Below are positions 27,772 to 39,617 of a DNA stretch of 64,000 nt, piece after piece. This DNA is from Chrysomallon squamiferum (taxonomy: Eukaryota > Animalia > Mollusca), in contig CM022668.1 in the NCBI GenBank assembly GCA_012295275.1, positions 186,001-250,000 of the forward strand. Direction: 5' to 3'. Each line of letters opens with the position of its first letter. Within the stretch, counting starts at the first letter, position 1. Both the position numbers and the translations under genes were made by a program. The notes beneath the pieces were generated by a model, which was not told the origin of the DNA, ran no database searches, and saw nothing but the letters and a program-made list of their open reading frames with translations.

Positions 27772-30632
27772 CAGTGATTCTCAACCGCCGTGTCGCGACA
27801 CACAAGTGTGTCGCGAGGCTCCGTCAGGTGTGTCGCGAAACTTTGTGACGAACACCTGAAAACACGGACAATGTGCATAAATCTCCGTTTCATGTTCTAC
27901 TAATATGCCTTGGAGGAAGGAACTTCCTTTCTCCAGTGAATATGCACACATTCAAAGTCCACCAATCAGTGGCCGCCACCAACCTTTGCACCTTTCGCTC
28001 AAGGTCGATCAGTTGCCCATGAGACGTCAGTGTGATAGGTTGTGTGTGTGATGTTGTTCCGCACTGGTCGTGTGTGCGCGTGCATAATGCCGATTGCCGA
28101 ATTAACTTCGCTGTGTTTTAAATTATTGTCATTCTTAAACACTTATTAGTAAAGAGATGTAGCTAACTAGGTGTATTTAGTTAAGAAATTATGCTAGTTA
28201 GAACAGACTTTGCAAATCTGTCGTCTCGGCAAATCTGTTCAGTTAACAGTGTTTACTATTTACTTACATCGAATTCAATCGTACTGCACACTCAATTTTG
28301 ACCTCTAAATTACAGATGAATTTGAACTAAATTAGCTTGTGACTAATCATAACTAGAACTGAACGCTGTTTTCTGTGCTTGCATATTTTTCAATTTGTTT
28401 AGCTCAGAATCAGTGTTGTTCACGCACTTTCAAACTATTGTTTTTAGCTCGCAACACTTGAGTTAAATCACATGGTGAATTAATTAAATAAGGATATTCA
28501 GTTTTTGTTATTGCATTGGTAGAATAAAGGTTAGTTTTTACCATATATTTCAGAAGGTGATAGAGTGAAAAAAAATTGGAACACTACTTAATGTTCCAGT
28601 TTGACACAGGAGGTTGACCGTTGACACACGGATCAGTTTAACACTGCCTTTTGTTTACTATTATTGGTTAGAGTACGCGCGTGTTAATTGCTTATGAATA
28701 CCCCTTCACAATGGATAAATTTGTTAAAAGGAAGGATTAGTGACGGTGTGAGGTTGAAACAGAACATACAATGAAGCCCACAAAATCCAGCACAAAAAAG
28801 GCAAAAGTTCACCATAATAGACGGTATTGTGATGATTATTTGAAGTTTGGATTTTCTTGGTCAGAAGATGTTGCTCAACCATGTCCATTATGTATAGTTT
28901 GTGGTTAAAAAATGGCCAATGAATCCATGGTACCAAATAAATTACAAAGACATTTCACGACTAAACATTCCTACCTACAAGATAAAGATCTTAGTTATTT
29001 TCAAAGACTGTTACAACAGCAATCAAAGCAACGCAATGTTTTTCAGAAAACAATGACCGTGTCTGAACGGGCTCAACTCGCTTCAATTGAGATAGCTGAA
29101 ATAATAGCAATGAAATCCAAATCCCACACTCTTGCTGAGTCAGTTATCCTTCCCGCTTGTAAAAAGATGGTGAAATCCATGTTAGGCGAAACAGCTGAAA
29201 AAGAAATTAGTAAAATTCCGCTTTCAAATGATACAATACACAGGAGAATTGTAGATTTATCTGAAAACATTGAAACTAATGTTCAGAAAAAACTTGAAGG
29301 ATCTAAATTTGCTTTAATAGTTGATGAATCGACCGATATCAGTAACTGCTCAATTGCTTGTATTTGTTCGTTTCATTAATGACGATGAAATAATCAATCA
29401 GTTTTTGTGTTGTAAAGAAAGGCCAACCACTACTAGAGGTCAAGATATTTTTGATATGATAACCGGCTATCATAAAAAAATGAATTTGACGTGGAAGTTT
29501 TGTGTTGGTATTTGTATTGATGGTGCACCATGTACGGTAGGCTGCATTAAAGGTTTTGCAACACTAGCACAGAAAGAAAATCCAAATCTTGTTCGTAGTC
29601 ATTGCTTTTTACATAGAGAAGTTTTAGTTTCAAAAGTATCACAAGAAGATTTGAAGCAAGTGTTACATCAAGTAGTTGAAATTGTCAATTCTCAACATGT
29701 TCGCTTACTCATGCATACCGACGTTCGATGGCTGTCAAAAGGTAAAGTGTTAACTCGCGTTCATGAATTACAGAAGGAATTAATAGTATTTTTTGATAAA
29801 GAAAAGCACGAAAGATTTTGTAAATATCTTCGATGTGAATTTTGGATGGCCAAAATGGAATATTTAACGGAAATATTTGGTCAACTTAATATTGTGAACA
29901 GTAGTATGCAAGGTCGAAACGAAAATATTCTAACTTCGACAGATAAATTGGTTGCCCTTAAAAAGAAAATTGTTATTTGGAAAAACAGAGCAAAGTTGGG
30001 TGAGTTTGATATGTTTCCTACAATGCGTACTAACTGCACTAAAGAAATGACCCCTATCGTGGATGAGCATCTAACAGCGCTCGAAGAAAACATCGACCAC
30101 TACTTTCCGTCGCTGAACACTGGGTTCGTAATCCTTTTGTAGATGTTCCTTCTAATATTGGGTTTAAATTATACGAAGAAGAAGAATTGGCTACCATTTC
30201 AAGTGACTGCAGTCTTAAAATAAAGCATTCTGAGGTAGATATCGACACATTTTGGATTTCAATACAAAAGGAATTTCCCGCATTAGCTGAAAAAGCCCTG
30301 TTAGTTCTTTTACAATTCTCTACTCCTTATTTGTGAGAATTGGGCTTTTCAACCTTAAATAATATAAAAAATAAGAAGAGAGAAAGACTACGTTCCACTG
30401 AAGAAGAAATGAGAGTTTGCTTATCGCACATACGACCAAATATTCAAGAAGTCATAAGACAACACCAGGCACAAGTTTCACACTACGTAAGTGGCAATTC
30501 TGGGATACTAACATAATAAACTGTATCAGACAAGTCCATATATTTTATATAATATTTAAAATTATTACTGTGTCGCGACAGTTTCATGCGCTCGTAGGTA
30601 TGTCGAGAGTAAAAAAAGGTTGAGAAACACTG
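27772..30632 (+). mobile_element. hAT DNA transposon, Buster/Charlie type (ZBED5/SCAND3-like transposase), copy 1, defective
   Basis: 15-bp TIRs CAGTGATTCTCAACC / GGTTGAGAAACACTG and 8-bp TSD ATCTATGG/ATCTAAGG with central TA. Transposase motifs: BED finger CPLC..RHF.TKH, DESTD, CIDGA, HCFLH, VRWLSKG and the C-terminal dimerisation motif STPYLCELGFS. Confidence 0.97.
28694..30490 (+). pseudogene. Buster-family transposase pseudogene (copy 1)
   Basis: ORFs 28912..29379 and 29321..30142 plus flanking frames. It has an in-frame stop in the BED finger, a frameshift after DESTD and internal deletions. Confidence 0.93.
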
Positions 30633-30640
30633 ATCTAAGG

Positions 30641-31920
30641 TGACAAAACGGGTTGTCCTTCTTGAAGATAGGAAATATCTTCTTCTTGCCTATCATGATT
30701 CAAAAGCAGGAGGTTGTCATTTTGGGAGAGATGCTACTCGGCTAGCTATTCTAACCAAATATTTCTGGCAAAGTCCTTTTCAATGAGGTATTTACAAGAT
30801 TTGGTGCACCACGAATTCTCACCACAGACCGAGAACTTCAGTTCACCTCACTTCTGGTGAATTCAATTTGCGAATTGTTTGAGGTGAAACATCATTACAC
30901 GTCCTCCTATCACCCTCAGACGAATGGCACGTGCGAACGAAGAAATAGCACCATAGAACAAGTACTCAGATCATACGTCAACAAAGAACAAACCAACTGG
31001 GCTGACCTACTTCCTTGTACTATGATGGCAATGCGTAATTCACCATGTCAGTCTACAGGCTACTGTCCACATTACCTTCTTTTTGGCAATGAAATGGATC
31101 TTCCATTTGATACCTCTCTTCTTCCAAAACCAGCCTTGGGCAAAAATGCTAAAACTCATATCACTGCCTTCATTGACAATCTCAAAGTAGTCAAGGCTAT
31201 TGCAAAAGACAACATGGCTAAAAGCCAAACAGTCAACAAAGATCTAAAAGCACAAAAGCCGACATTTTTCGCGGGTGATCAGGTGCTCCTTTTCAATCAG
31301 AAAAAGACGATGGGTCGCTCACCGAAACTGACACACAAATGGGAAGGTCCGTATTTCATTACACAATAGGATCCAATCATACCTACAAACTGTGTCATTC
31401 GATATCCAAGACCCCTCATTCATCACTGGTACACGCCAATCGTCTAAAACTCTATCACAGTAGACCACAGACAACTCCACATACGATGACATATACATAC
31501 CAATCTCAGGATTCACGTATGTCACAGTCAGACACTAGAACAACTAGTGACTCCCAACCAAATCAAGTTCCCAACAGAATAGTACCTGCTCCACAGCAGA
31601 CTGCACAAACACATCAGTCTCAAGATGCACGCTTATTCCAACGCACAACAAATAACAAAGCAACTACAGACACTAACATGAATAGGAATCCCAAAATATC
31701 ATCCCCACCTATATCATCACAATCGGCCCCAACTGCCCAGTCACCCACCCGATCACCGTCTCCACAATCGCTTACAAAAACATTTATGGTGGAACGTCTC
31801 ATAAGAATGAAACGCATTCAGGGTGTTCAACATTGTCTAACCAAATGGGTTGGTTATCCTACACCTACATGGGAAACACATACACACTTTGAGCCAGATC
31901 TTTTGCAAGACACAGTCTAG
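30641..31920 (+). pseudogene. Gypsy integrase remnant (H2C2 zinc finger, core, GPY/F) with a C-terminal chromodomain
   Basis: AYHDSKAGGCHFG; FGAPRILTTD; SSYHPQTNGTCERRNSTI; KWEGPY; then a Q/S/T/P-rich linker and FMVERLIRMKRIQGVQHCLTKWVGYPTPTWE (31783-31875). Confidence 0.9.
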
Positions 31921-32108
31921 TCGGAGACGAAAAACGGGTCGTAAATATTTTTCATAGTTAGGTCAAAACCTAGTTTTCCCTCTTAGAGCCTTGACAGGCA
32001 TGGGACTTAATGGGTGTTTTATCACAGTGTTGAGATTGTTGATGGCCACAACATATTTCAATTCTGGATTACCTACTGATGTATCCCATTTGTTTCATTT
32101 TGTCATAG

Positions 32109-32560
32109 GGTCTATCTGGGAGACACTGCTCGTTTGGCTAATGATGATATTCTCGACTCCAGTTCTTGCGGTGAAACCGGTTCAACGACTGAACTTTGGA
32201 ATTAATTTCAAGCCTTCTCCTCTGAATTTTTTTGACCCAGCTACAACAGACGATGTTCTCGCAAAACACATAAATGCACTTACGAGAACGGAACTGAAAA
32301 CAGCAAATGCCTTCGCACGGCATGCTAAACATTTATCCTCATTTATGTCTTTAGAAGATACTCGTTTTAGCAAATTCATGAAAGGAATAGAAGCAAACTA
32401 CAGCCACTATTTCACAAATTATATGATCTAGACGATCATCTATTATCTCAGTCACTTGCCCTTCCTAAACGAATACGAATTTCATTCCTCACCACTAGGA
32501 AGTTACATTGTCTGCATACATATTACTGGTTCATCACGGGTTTTTTAAGGTTCTGAGACC
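32109..32560 (+). pseudogene. Deleted env-like third ORF of the Gypsy element
   Basis: It lies between integrase and the PPT, behind a branch point/polypyrimidine/AG. It has a hydrophobic signal-like N-terminus (WETLLVWLMMIFSTPVLA), then VQRLNFGINFK and a helical, heptad-like segment. The identity is inferred, not searched. Confidence 0.55.
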
Positions 32561-32743
32561 AGATTCGTCAGGGAATCCATTTTAATTCATAGTACAAAAC
32601 AAAAGTGTTGGCACGTGGCATAGGACAATACTCGTGAATTATTAGTGCAGACTTTGTATTGAAAAATGTATGTATATTATGTTATTAAACATTAAAACTT
32701 GTTTTGCTTTTGAGGACAGAAGCTACATGATGCCCGGGGATGC

Positions 32744-33455
32744 TATCATAGTGGAGAAAAACGCCTCGCTTGAACATGCCATAAGCAGATTAAAATAAAA
32801 CATATTTAACGTAAGTTATAATCGCCAAAGTCGTCAAAGTTACAATCCATCCAATCTAACAACACACATATAATTATTTAAAATTGTGACAGCTCGACTG
32901 CAATTAACACTAGGACCGCTGTAAACAAAAGATGTCTTATCCCGAGTAAACTGATTACGGCAATTATCCTGAAAATAAATAAAATACCTAAGTACATTAA
33001 TACGTAATGATATGATCCGGCTCCAATTAAAGGGTATGCGCCGATTAAGGACCGCTGTAAACAAAATATGTCTTATCCCGAGTAAACTGATTACAGCAAT
33101 AATCTTCACAATAATTAAAATACCTAAATACAGTAATACGTAAAGATATGAGCCGAGTGCTATAAAATAACGCACAGACCAGTGTCCAGTGCGACGGACA
33201 CGCCCGCTGACCTGTCAGAAAGCCTGTCCGTCTTAGACGTGCTTCACAACAGCTTGCTCTGATTAGCACGTTAATTTTTTTCAAGTTCAAGTGTCCAGTT
33301 ACAACACACTTGGCTGACCAGCAATAAACACTTCGGAACTCGGCTCATTTCTCTTTCATTTTTTTATTTAGACTGGACCCCATTGCTCCCAGACTGCATT
33401 CCCCAAAGTAGTTCTATAGCAAACTAATAACCAAGGACAAATAATCACGGTTATA
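32744..33455 (+). repeat. 3' LTR (TATC...TTATA) with TATAAAA at 33161 and AATAAA at 33323
   Basis: Direct repeat of the 5' LTR with indels, preceded by TTTGAGGACAGAAG...CCCGGGGATGC. Confidence 0.9.
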
Positions 33456-34011
33456 ATATCTATGATCCATTAAATCATTGTGTCTAAATTGCCGTTTTAT
33501 TTCTCCTTATTTAACATTTCTTTTTATGTCAAATTTCAATCGCGAAGAACGTAACCACTGCTTTTAATCTTAATTCTATGTAAATTAGTCTCCCGCTTAA
33601 TGATATCTCACTAAATGATCAGAAATTTGAAACAACCACATCGTTAATCCGCGCTATTACTGTAGTATGGATATCGCTTATCGCATAAAGTATGCAAATA
33701 TGAAAATATCGAAGTAGTTCGTAATACTAAATATAGTTGAATGTAAATAATTTAAAAAGAAGGTATTCATCTAAAAATATATCACATTAAAAACAGTGTG
33801 TCTGATGTTTCAGTAAGTTCAGTAATAAGTACAGGGTTATAATAATATTGTACGAATCTAGAAACGTCTCTGTGATGTTTAATGAAATGTGTTTTTAATC
33901 CAAAATAATTGTTTGGTTGTTTTTTGTTGTTTTTTCCTAACTGAAAGGAAATGTGGATGAATTAGAAATGACCAGATTAAATTAAACTTCAAATTAAATT
34001 ATCTTTATTCA

Positions 34012-35411
34012 CAGAATTTGCACGGTTTGTAATTTCAGATTAATGTTTTGAGACATAAATATGTTAATTATATATTCATCTTGGATATATCGCAAACATG
34101 TCCACCATCTCAACAATAAATGATCCATGAAACAGAAAATTCTGATAAAATGACAATAAGTACAAAAACAAAACTTGAACAAGGTAACAGGAATACGAAA
34201 AATAATAATAACAAGAATAACAACAGTGCAACAATAATAAAACAGCACCACTAGTATTATCAATGATGGAGTAGTGAATCAGAATAATCACCAATTACAA
34301 CAATAACAACAAAAAACAACAAAAATTCACTGTAAATAAAGGTATTAACAAAATCAACAACAACAGCAACATCTGATATTAATCATTTTAAAATTTCAGG
34401 ATAGTTTTAACAAAGTAAACCGAGTTGTCAAATGACGTCAGAAATGTTATTCCTGAAGCTGTTGTAATAGTTGGAAACAAGCAAGACTGCAGCACGAAGA
34501 GTTTTAACATTCGAAGTAAGAATGACGTCACAATAATTATGTCGTCGACTAGTAAATAGTGAAGAGCACTCGCATGACATTAAACGGGAATTGTGTCGAA
34601 TTTGATCCTCAAATGAGAACAGATGAATGAAAAAAATAAATCAGAAAATTAAAATAAGTAAATAAATAAATCATAATAAAAATATATAAATAAAAAATAA
34701 GTAGATATATAGATTATATAAGATAGATAGATTAGATAGGTAGATATACAGATAGATATTTAGATAGATAGATGTATTAATATAGGAAGGAACAGATTAA
34801 CAATTAAGTTGTAATAGGATATGTTTTATAAATAATATGACATTTAAATCTGTTGTCTGTGAAATAAGTTCTTAAAATACGTTAACCATGCTCACTCATG
34901 ATCATCTAATATTTAAAAATATATAATTTCTTTCTTTTCTTTTTAATATACCGAAATAATTATATATGTAAATAATTTCTATTTCAGCAAGGACTTTGTG
35001 TAAAAGAAATAAGAAAGCGAAAGAAGACAGCATCAAGCTGACTGGGAGCACATCTAAAAGACGGTCACATTGCTGTCAAATTTGAATGGATTGTGCTCGT
35101 CCAAGAAAGCTTACTTAAACTTTCCAACATGAACGTTATGTAGGATATTAGAAAACTTAGACCACTAAATGAATTAATGAATAAATTAATTAATTAATTA
35201 ATAAATAATAAAATAATTAATGAATAAGTAACAGAATTAATGAATCAGAAAGTAACTGATTAATAAATAAATAATTTTTAAGTAAATGAATTAACGATTA
35301 AGTAAATCAATTAATGAATAAATAAATGAAGTAATAAATAAAATAAATTAATGCTACTTCTACCACTTACTTATAATAAGAATAACAATGACAAAACTAT
35401 AATAATAATAA
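34012..35411 (+). pseudogene. Inverted partial genomic duplicate of the Rab gene (exon 3 copy 34400-34515, exon 5 copy 34988-35085; exons 1, 2 and 4 absent)
   Basis: Reverse-complement match to ~41109-43080 including introns. The exon 3 copy has +1/-3/-2 indels and a TGA at 34433. A ~600-bp deletion at ~34785 removes exon 4. The exon 5 copy ends CCQI*. Confidence 0.92.
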
Positions 35412-35499
35412 TGATAATAATAATAATAATAATAATGTTGATGATGATAATCATGACGATTATATGATGATAATAATAATAATAAGAAGAAGAAGATCG

Positions 35500-38400
35500 A
35501 TCTCATGACCTGCAACATCTTCTCTGTGATTGGAAAAGTAAATAACAACAAATGAGTAGTGAAAGCTTTTTCCACTTTCGATTGATGTTACATAATCTAT
35601 TCACAAAAAATGCGCTCAGCCCTGGCAGCAGAAGAAGAACAAAAAAACCAGATTTACATACATTGGTAAATAAACCATTGTCCGTCTATAATCAAAACTT
35701 ACATGAAGATCAAGAGACCAAGTTCATTACATACAGAGGTAATCAGGTATTGCGGTAGATGAGTTATTTCTACGAACTGGAAATTCGACCAGATGGAAAG
35801 ACACCAAGAAAAGAGAGATCACCACAACAGATGCCAAACTCTCACCAACACAAGCCAATTCACCTGCAACAGGTCAGCGGAGGAGGACAAGTCTTACCAA
35901 GCGAAATCAGTGCTGAGCAAATGTCAGAAAACTCTCTCATTTCTAAAAATACCCCAAACAAAAATCATAACGAAGTAAGTCCTAATGTTTTAAAAATAAT
36001 AGAGATTAATGTGTGCGGTTTGGTAAGTAAGGTCAGAGAGTCTATATTTTTGGAAACCGTCACGAAGTATGATATAATATATTTAGCTGAATCAAAAACA
36101 GATAACGCTGATAACATTAATATTCTTGGTTATAAAGTATCCTGAGAACACTGTAACTCATACTTCATCAAGCGCTAAGGAAGTCCGAAGTAAATGGTGT
36201 CACGATAAAAAGCAAGAATTCTGCGATAATTTTAAAAAGCAGAAGCATTTGTTACATGAAATATTAAAAGAATTACAAAATTGCAAGTCAACGAACTGGA
36301 TTCTGAATTTATAAATAATATTGTCTCTGAAATAAATGCTATATTTATAATTGCAGCCAAAAAAAAACATTTGGAAAGAAACCCACCTATAATACAATAA
36401 AGAAACATCCTTATAATAATGCCTGTTTTAACGGAGCTGGCAAAGCTACAAGAAAAGATACCTGAAACGCCAGAAGGAGATATAAACAATATGGTGAAAG
36501 TATACTGAAAGCTGACTTGAAGTAAAAAGAGAATCAGTATAAACAGAGCTGTTAGAGAATATAGAATATCTATTTAACCAAAAATAAAAATACTAAAAAC
36601 TTCAAAACCCAAAGAGTACTGGTCAATTCTGAACAACAATAAGCAGAGACGGTCAAAAGAAGATGTGTCAATTGATTCTTTATTTCATTAATAGCAATGT
36701 GATGAATTAAACACTCAAAGCCAAGAAACTACTAATGATATTTTGAACAAGCCTTTTTCAGCCGAGGAAATATGTAGAGCAGCAGACAGACTCCACTGTA
36801 ATCGATCAGCTGGAGAAGATTTTATTATTAATAAATATATTAAGTATACTGCTAATGTTGTTACATTTATATGTTCTGTTGTTTAATGTTATTCTTGACT
36901 CAGCATTTATACCATCCGACTGGTTAGTGGGACTCATCAAACCAATATATAAAAATAAAGGTACTCGAAATGACCCTGACAATTATAGACCTGTTACATT
37001 ATTAAGGTGTTTAGGTAAATTATTTACATCTGTACTTAATTCAAGATTAAATAACTGTGCAGATGAAAGTAATCTGATTTTAGAAATTCAAGCTGAATTT
37101 TGTAAAAATTATTCAAATACACACATATTTTCTTTATACTCGCTAATTATTTTAATGAAGAAATGTAAAAATAAATTGTATTGTGCTTTTATAGATTTTC
37201 AGAAAGTGTTTGCTAGTCTGGAGAATTGGATTATGGAATAAGTTAATTAGATTTGGCATCAATGGAAAATGTATTAATGTCTTAATAAATATGTATAAAG
37301 ATACTAAGGCTAACATTTCAGCGAACGGTTTGTCATCTGATAGTTTTAATTGTGAAATCGGTGTCATGCAAATAGAAAATCTCTAGCCATTTTTATTTTC
37401 TGTTTTTTTAAATGACTTAGAGGAATTTCTTATAGCTAATATGGTATATGGACTAGAATCAATTACAGAAATGTTTAGTGAAGAATTTAATGTTTATTTA
37501 AAGCTTTTTATTCTGTTGTATGCGGATGATACAATACTGTTAGACAAAATCAGCGGATGCTCTACAATATAATCTTAACAGTTTTGCCAATTACTGCCGA
37601 CTATGGAGAATTAAAGTTAATATAAATAAAACAAAAATAATAATTTTTAGTAAACGGACAAAAATTAGTGATTATATATTTATATTTTATGGAGAGATTA
37701 TTAATAGAGTAGATAACTATAAATACATTTTACAAGAAACGGCCAATTCACTTACAACGTAAAACAACTGTATAACAAAGCAATGAAAGCTATGTATAGC
37801 CTAATAGCTAAAAGTTGTCAGAATAATCCTACATCGACTGTATACTTAATTTATTTGACAAACTAATACAGCCAATTTTATTGTATGGTTGTAAATGTAA
37901 ATGTAAATGTACAACTAATAGAAAGACTCCATATGAAATTTTAGAAATATTTACTAAATGTTAATAAATGTACCCCTGGTTTTATTATCAGTAGTGAACT
38001 AGGACGGTATCCCCTTTGTATTTCTATAAATGTAAGAATGATAACCTTTTGGGGAAACCTAATTTGCAAAACCCAAAACAAGATTTCCTCACAGCTGTAT
38101 TATTTAATCCATGTTATCGATTCTCCTTGGAACAAACTTGTAAAAAATATTTTAGATGATTGTGGTTTAACATATACATGGACATATCACAACTTTGATA
38201 ATGTTAAATGGTTACGTGAAACGATATCCAAAATATTACATGATCAATATCAACAATTATGAAAAAATCAAATTGAAACATCTCCAAAGGGTATTAATTA
38301 TAAATAAAATGAACTGAAATTAGAAAAATATCATACTTTGCTGTCTCAAAAGAATGCTGTCTTATATAAATTTAGAAGCGCGAATGCTAAACTTCCTATT

Positions 38401-38769
38401 GAAACTGGACAATGGTCTCCTGTTCTAAGAGAAAACAGAAAATGTCGTATCTGTAATTTTAACAAACTTGGAGATGAATATCATAATATATTTGAATGTA
38501 ATGATCCTATGTTATTAAATGCGAGAAAAGGTATACCAGATAAATATACGAGACATCCAAATGTAATTTCATACAAATATTTGTTTAACAGTGAAAATGT
38601 ATTAGTGTTAAAAAGCTGTTTGTTAATAAGAACTATATGTGAGAGAGTATGTCCTCCACATTAAACTTCCACGCATGTGTGTTTTAATTTTGTTATTATA
38701 TAGCTCTAATAAATTCTTCTCTGTACGGTAATCCTACAATTTATGAGAATAAAGTCATTGTCATTGTCA
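35500..38769 (+). mobile_element. Degenerate non-LTR retrotransposon (RTEX-like LINE): APE fragment, RT, C-terminal Cys/His motif, simple-repeat tail
   Basis: LKIIEINVCGL..YDIIYLAES; IKPIYKNKG...PDNYRPVTLL..LGKLF; LYCAFIDFQKVF; LLYADDT (~37515); LPIETGQW...RKCRICN..GDEYHNIFEC; AATAAA followed by (GTCATT)n at 38748-38769. The clade call comes from motif recall and the 5' boundary is approximate. Confidence 0.88.
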
Positions 38770-39041
38770 CAAAGAAAACAAAGCATTTTAAAACAGTTTA
38801 GAAGAGTGCTATCCCAGATCGTCATGTCGTAGCATCAGTTCTCCTTTATTCTTTGTTCCAGTATCAAAAGTTGTATATGTTGTATCGCCTGTTATGTATA
38901 TGCTTACAAGAAGATATGAGTAGTAGCAGTAGTGTAGTAGTACTAATAACAAAAGTATTAGCAGTAGTTGTTATTGTTTTAATAATGATTAGTAATAGTA
39001 ACTGCAGTTGTGACAGCAAAAGTATAGTAGTATTAGTAGTA

Positions 39042-39079
<38 letters not shown>

Positions 39080-39583
39080 TAGTAATTGTAGAAACAGAAC
39101 AGTAGTAGCAGAAATAGTAGAAAAACAGCAGTAGTAGCATTTTTTTCTCCTTCATTTAACTTCAAATCACTTTATTTTCATTTTATTTTATTTCATTACA
39201 ACAACCACCAAAGGTAGAGAAATAAGACGTTATTAATTTGGAAAATGCTAATGAAAAAGTATACGGTTTTCCTGTTGAATTATTTCCCTTATCAGAGACG
39301 AGGATGGCGATCTCGGAGCTGTGTATTTAGATTCCTTTGTTTGATTCACTGTTACTTTATTTATTTATCATCATCTTCGGCAACAGCAGCAGCACGAACA
39401 TCGTCATCAGCATGATTTTTGTTATTGTTATTAGTGTCCTTGCTGTGCTGCTGCTGTTTAACAAATGCAAACACTCGCACGTTCTGAAGAAGTGTAAAAA
39501 TGGCCGCTCACTATGTGAATCCCAGAATTCCTCTAATACATAAAGTATTTGAAATATGCAATTTACAAACGAAAGAAAAGAGA

Positions 39584-39617
<34 letters not shown>

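Larger units (their letters stand above)
25240..33455 (+). mobile_element. Ty3/Gypsy LTR retrotransposon, internally deleted (most of RT and RNase H missing), carrying a nested hAT
   Basis: It has paired LTRs, a PBS, gag, protease (ALVDTGASISCIS), an RT-connection remnant (LGICSYYRKFV..KWT..CQQAF..LK) and integrase in Gypsy order. A PPT-like tract precedes the 3' LTR, and the 4-bp flanks are ATAC/ATAT. Confidence 0.95.

Noticed and set aside
28694-30490. Domesticated ZBED5/SCAND3/GTF2IRD2-like host gene
   Set aside because: TIRs and a TSD are present, the ORF is broken, and it is multi-copy, so it is a transposon.
34009-34294. Duplicated hydrophobic ORFs (34076..34294 - and 42798..43016 +)
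   Set aside because: They are antisense translations of Rab intron 2 and its duplicate.
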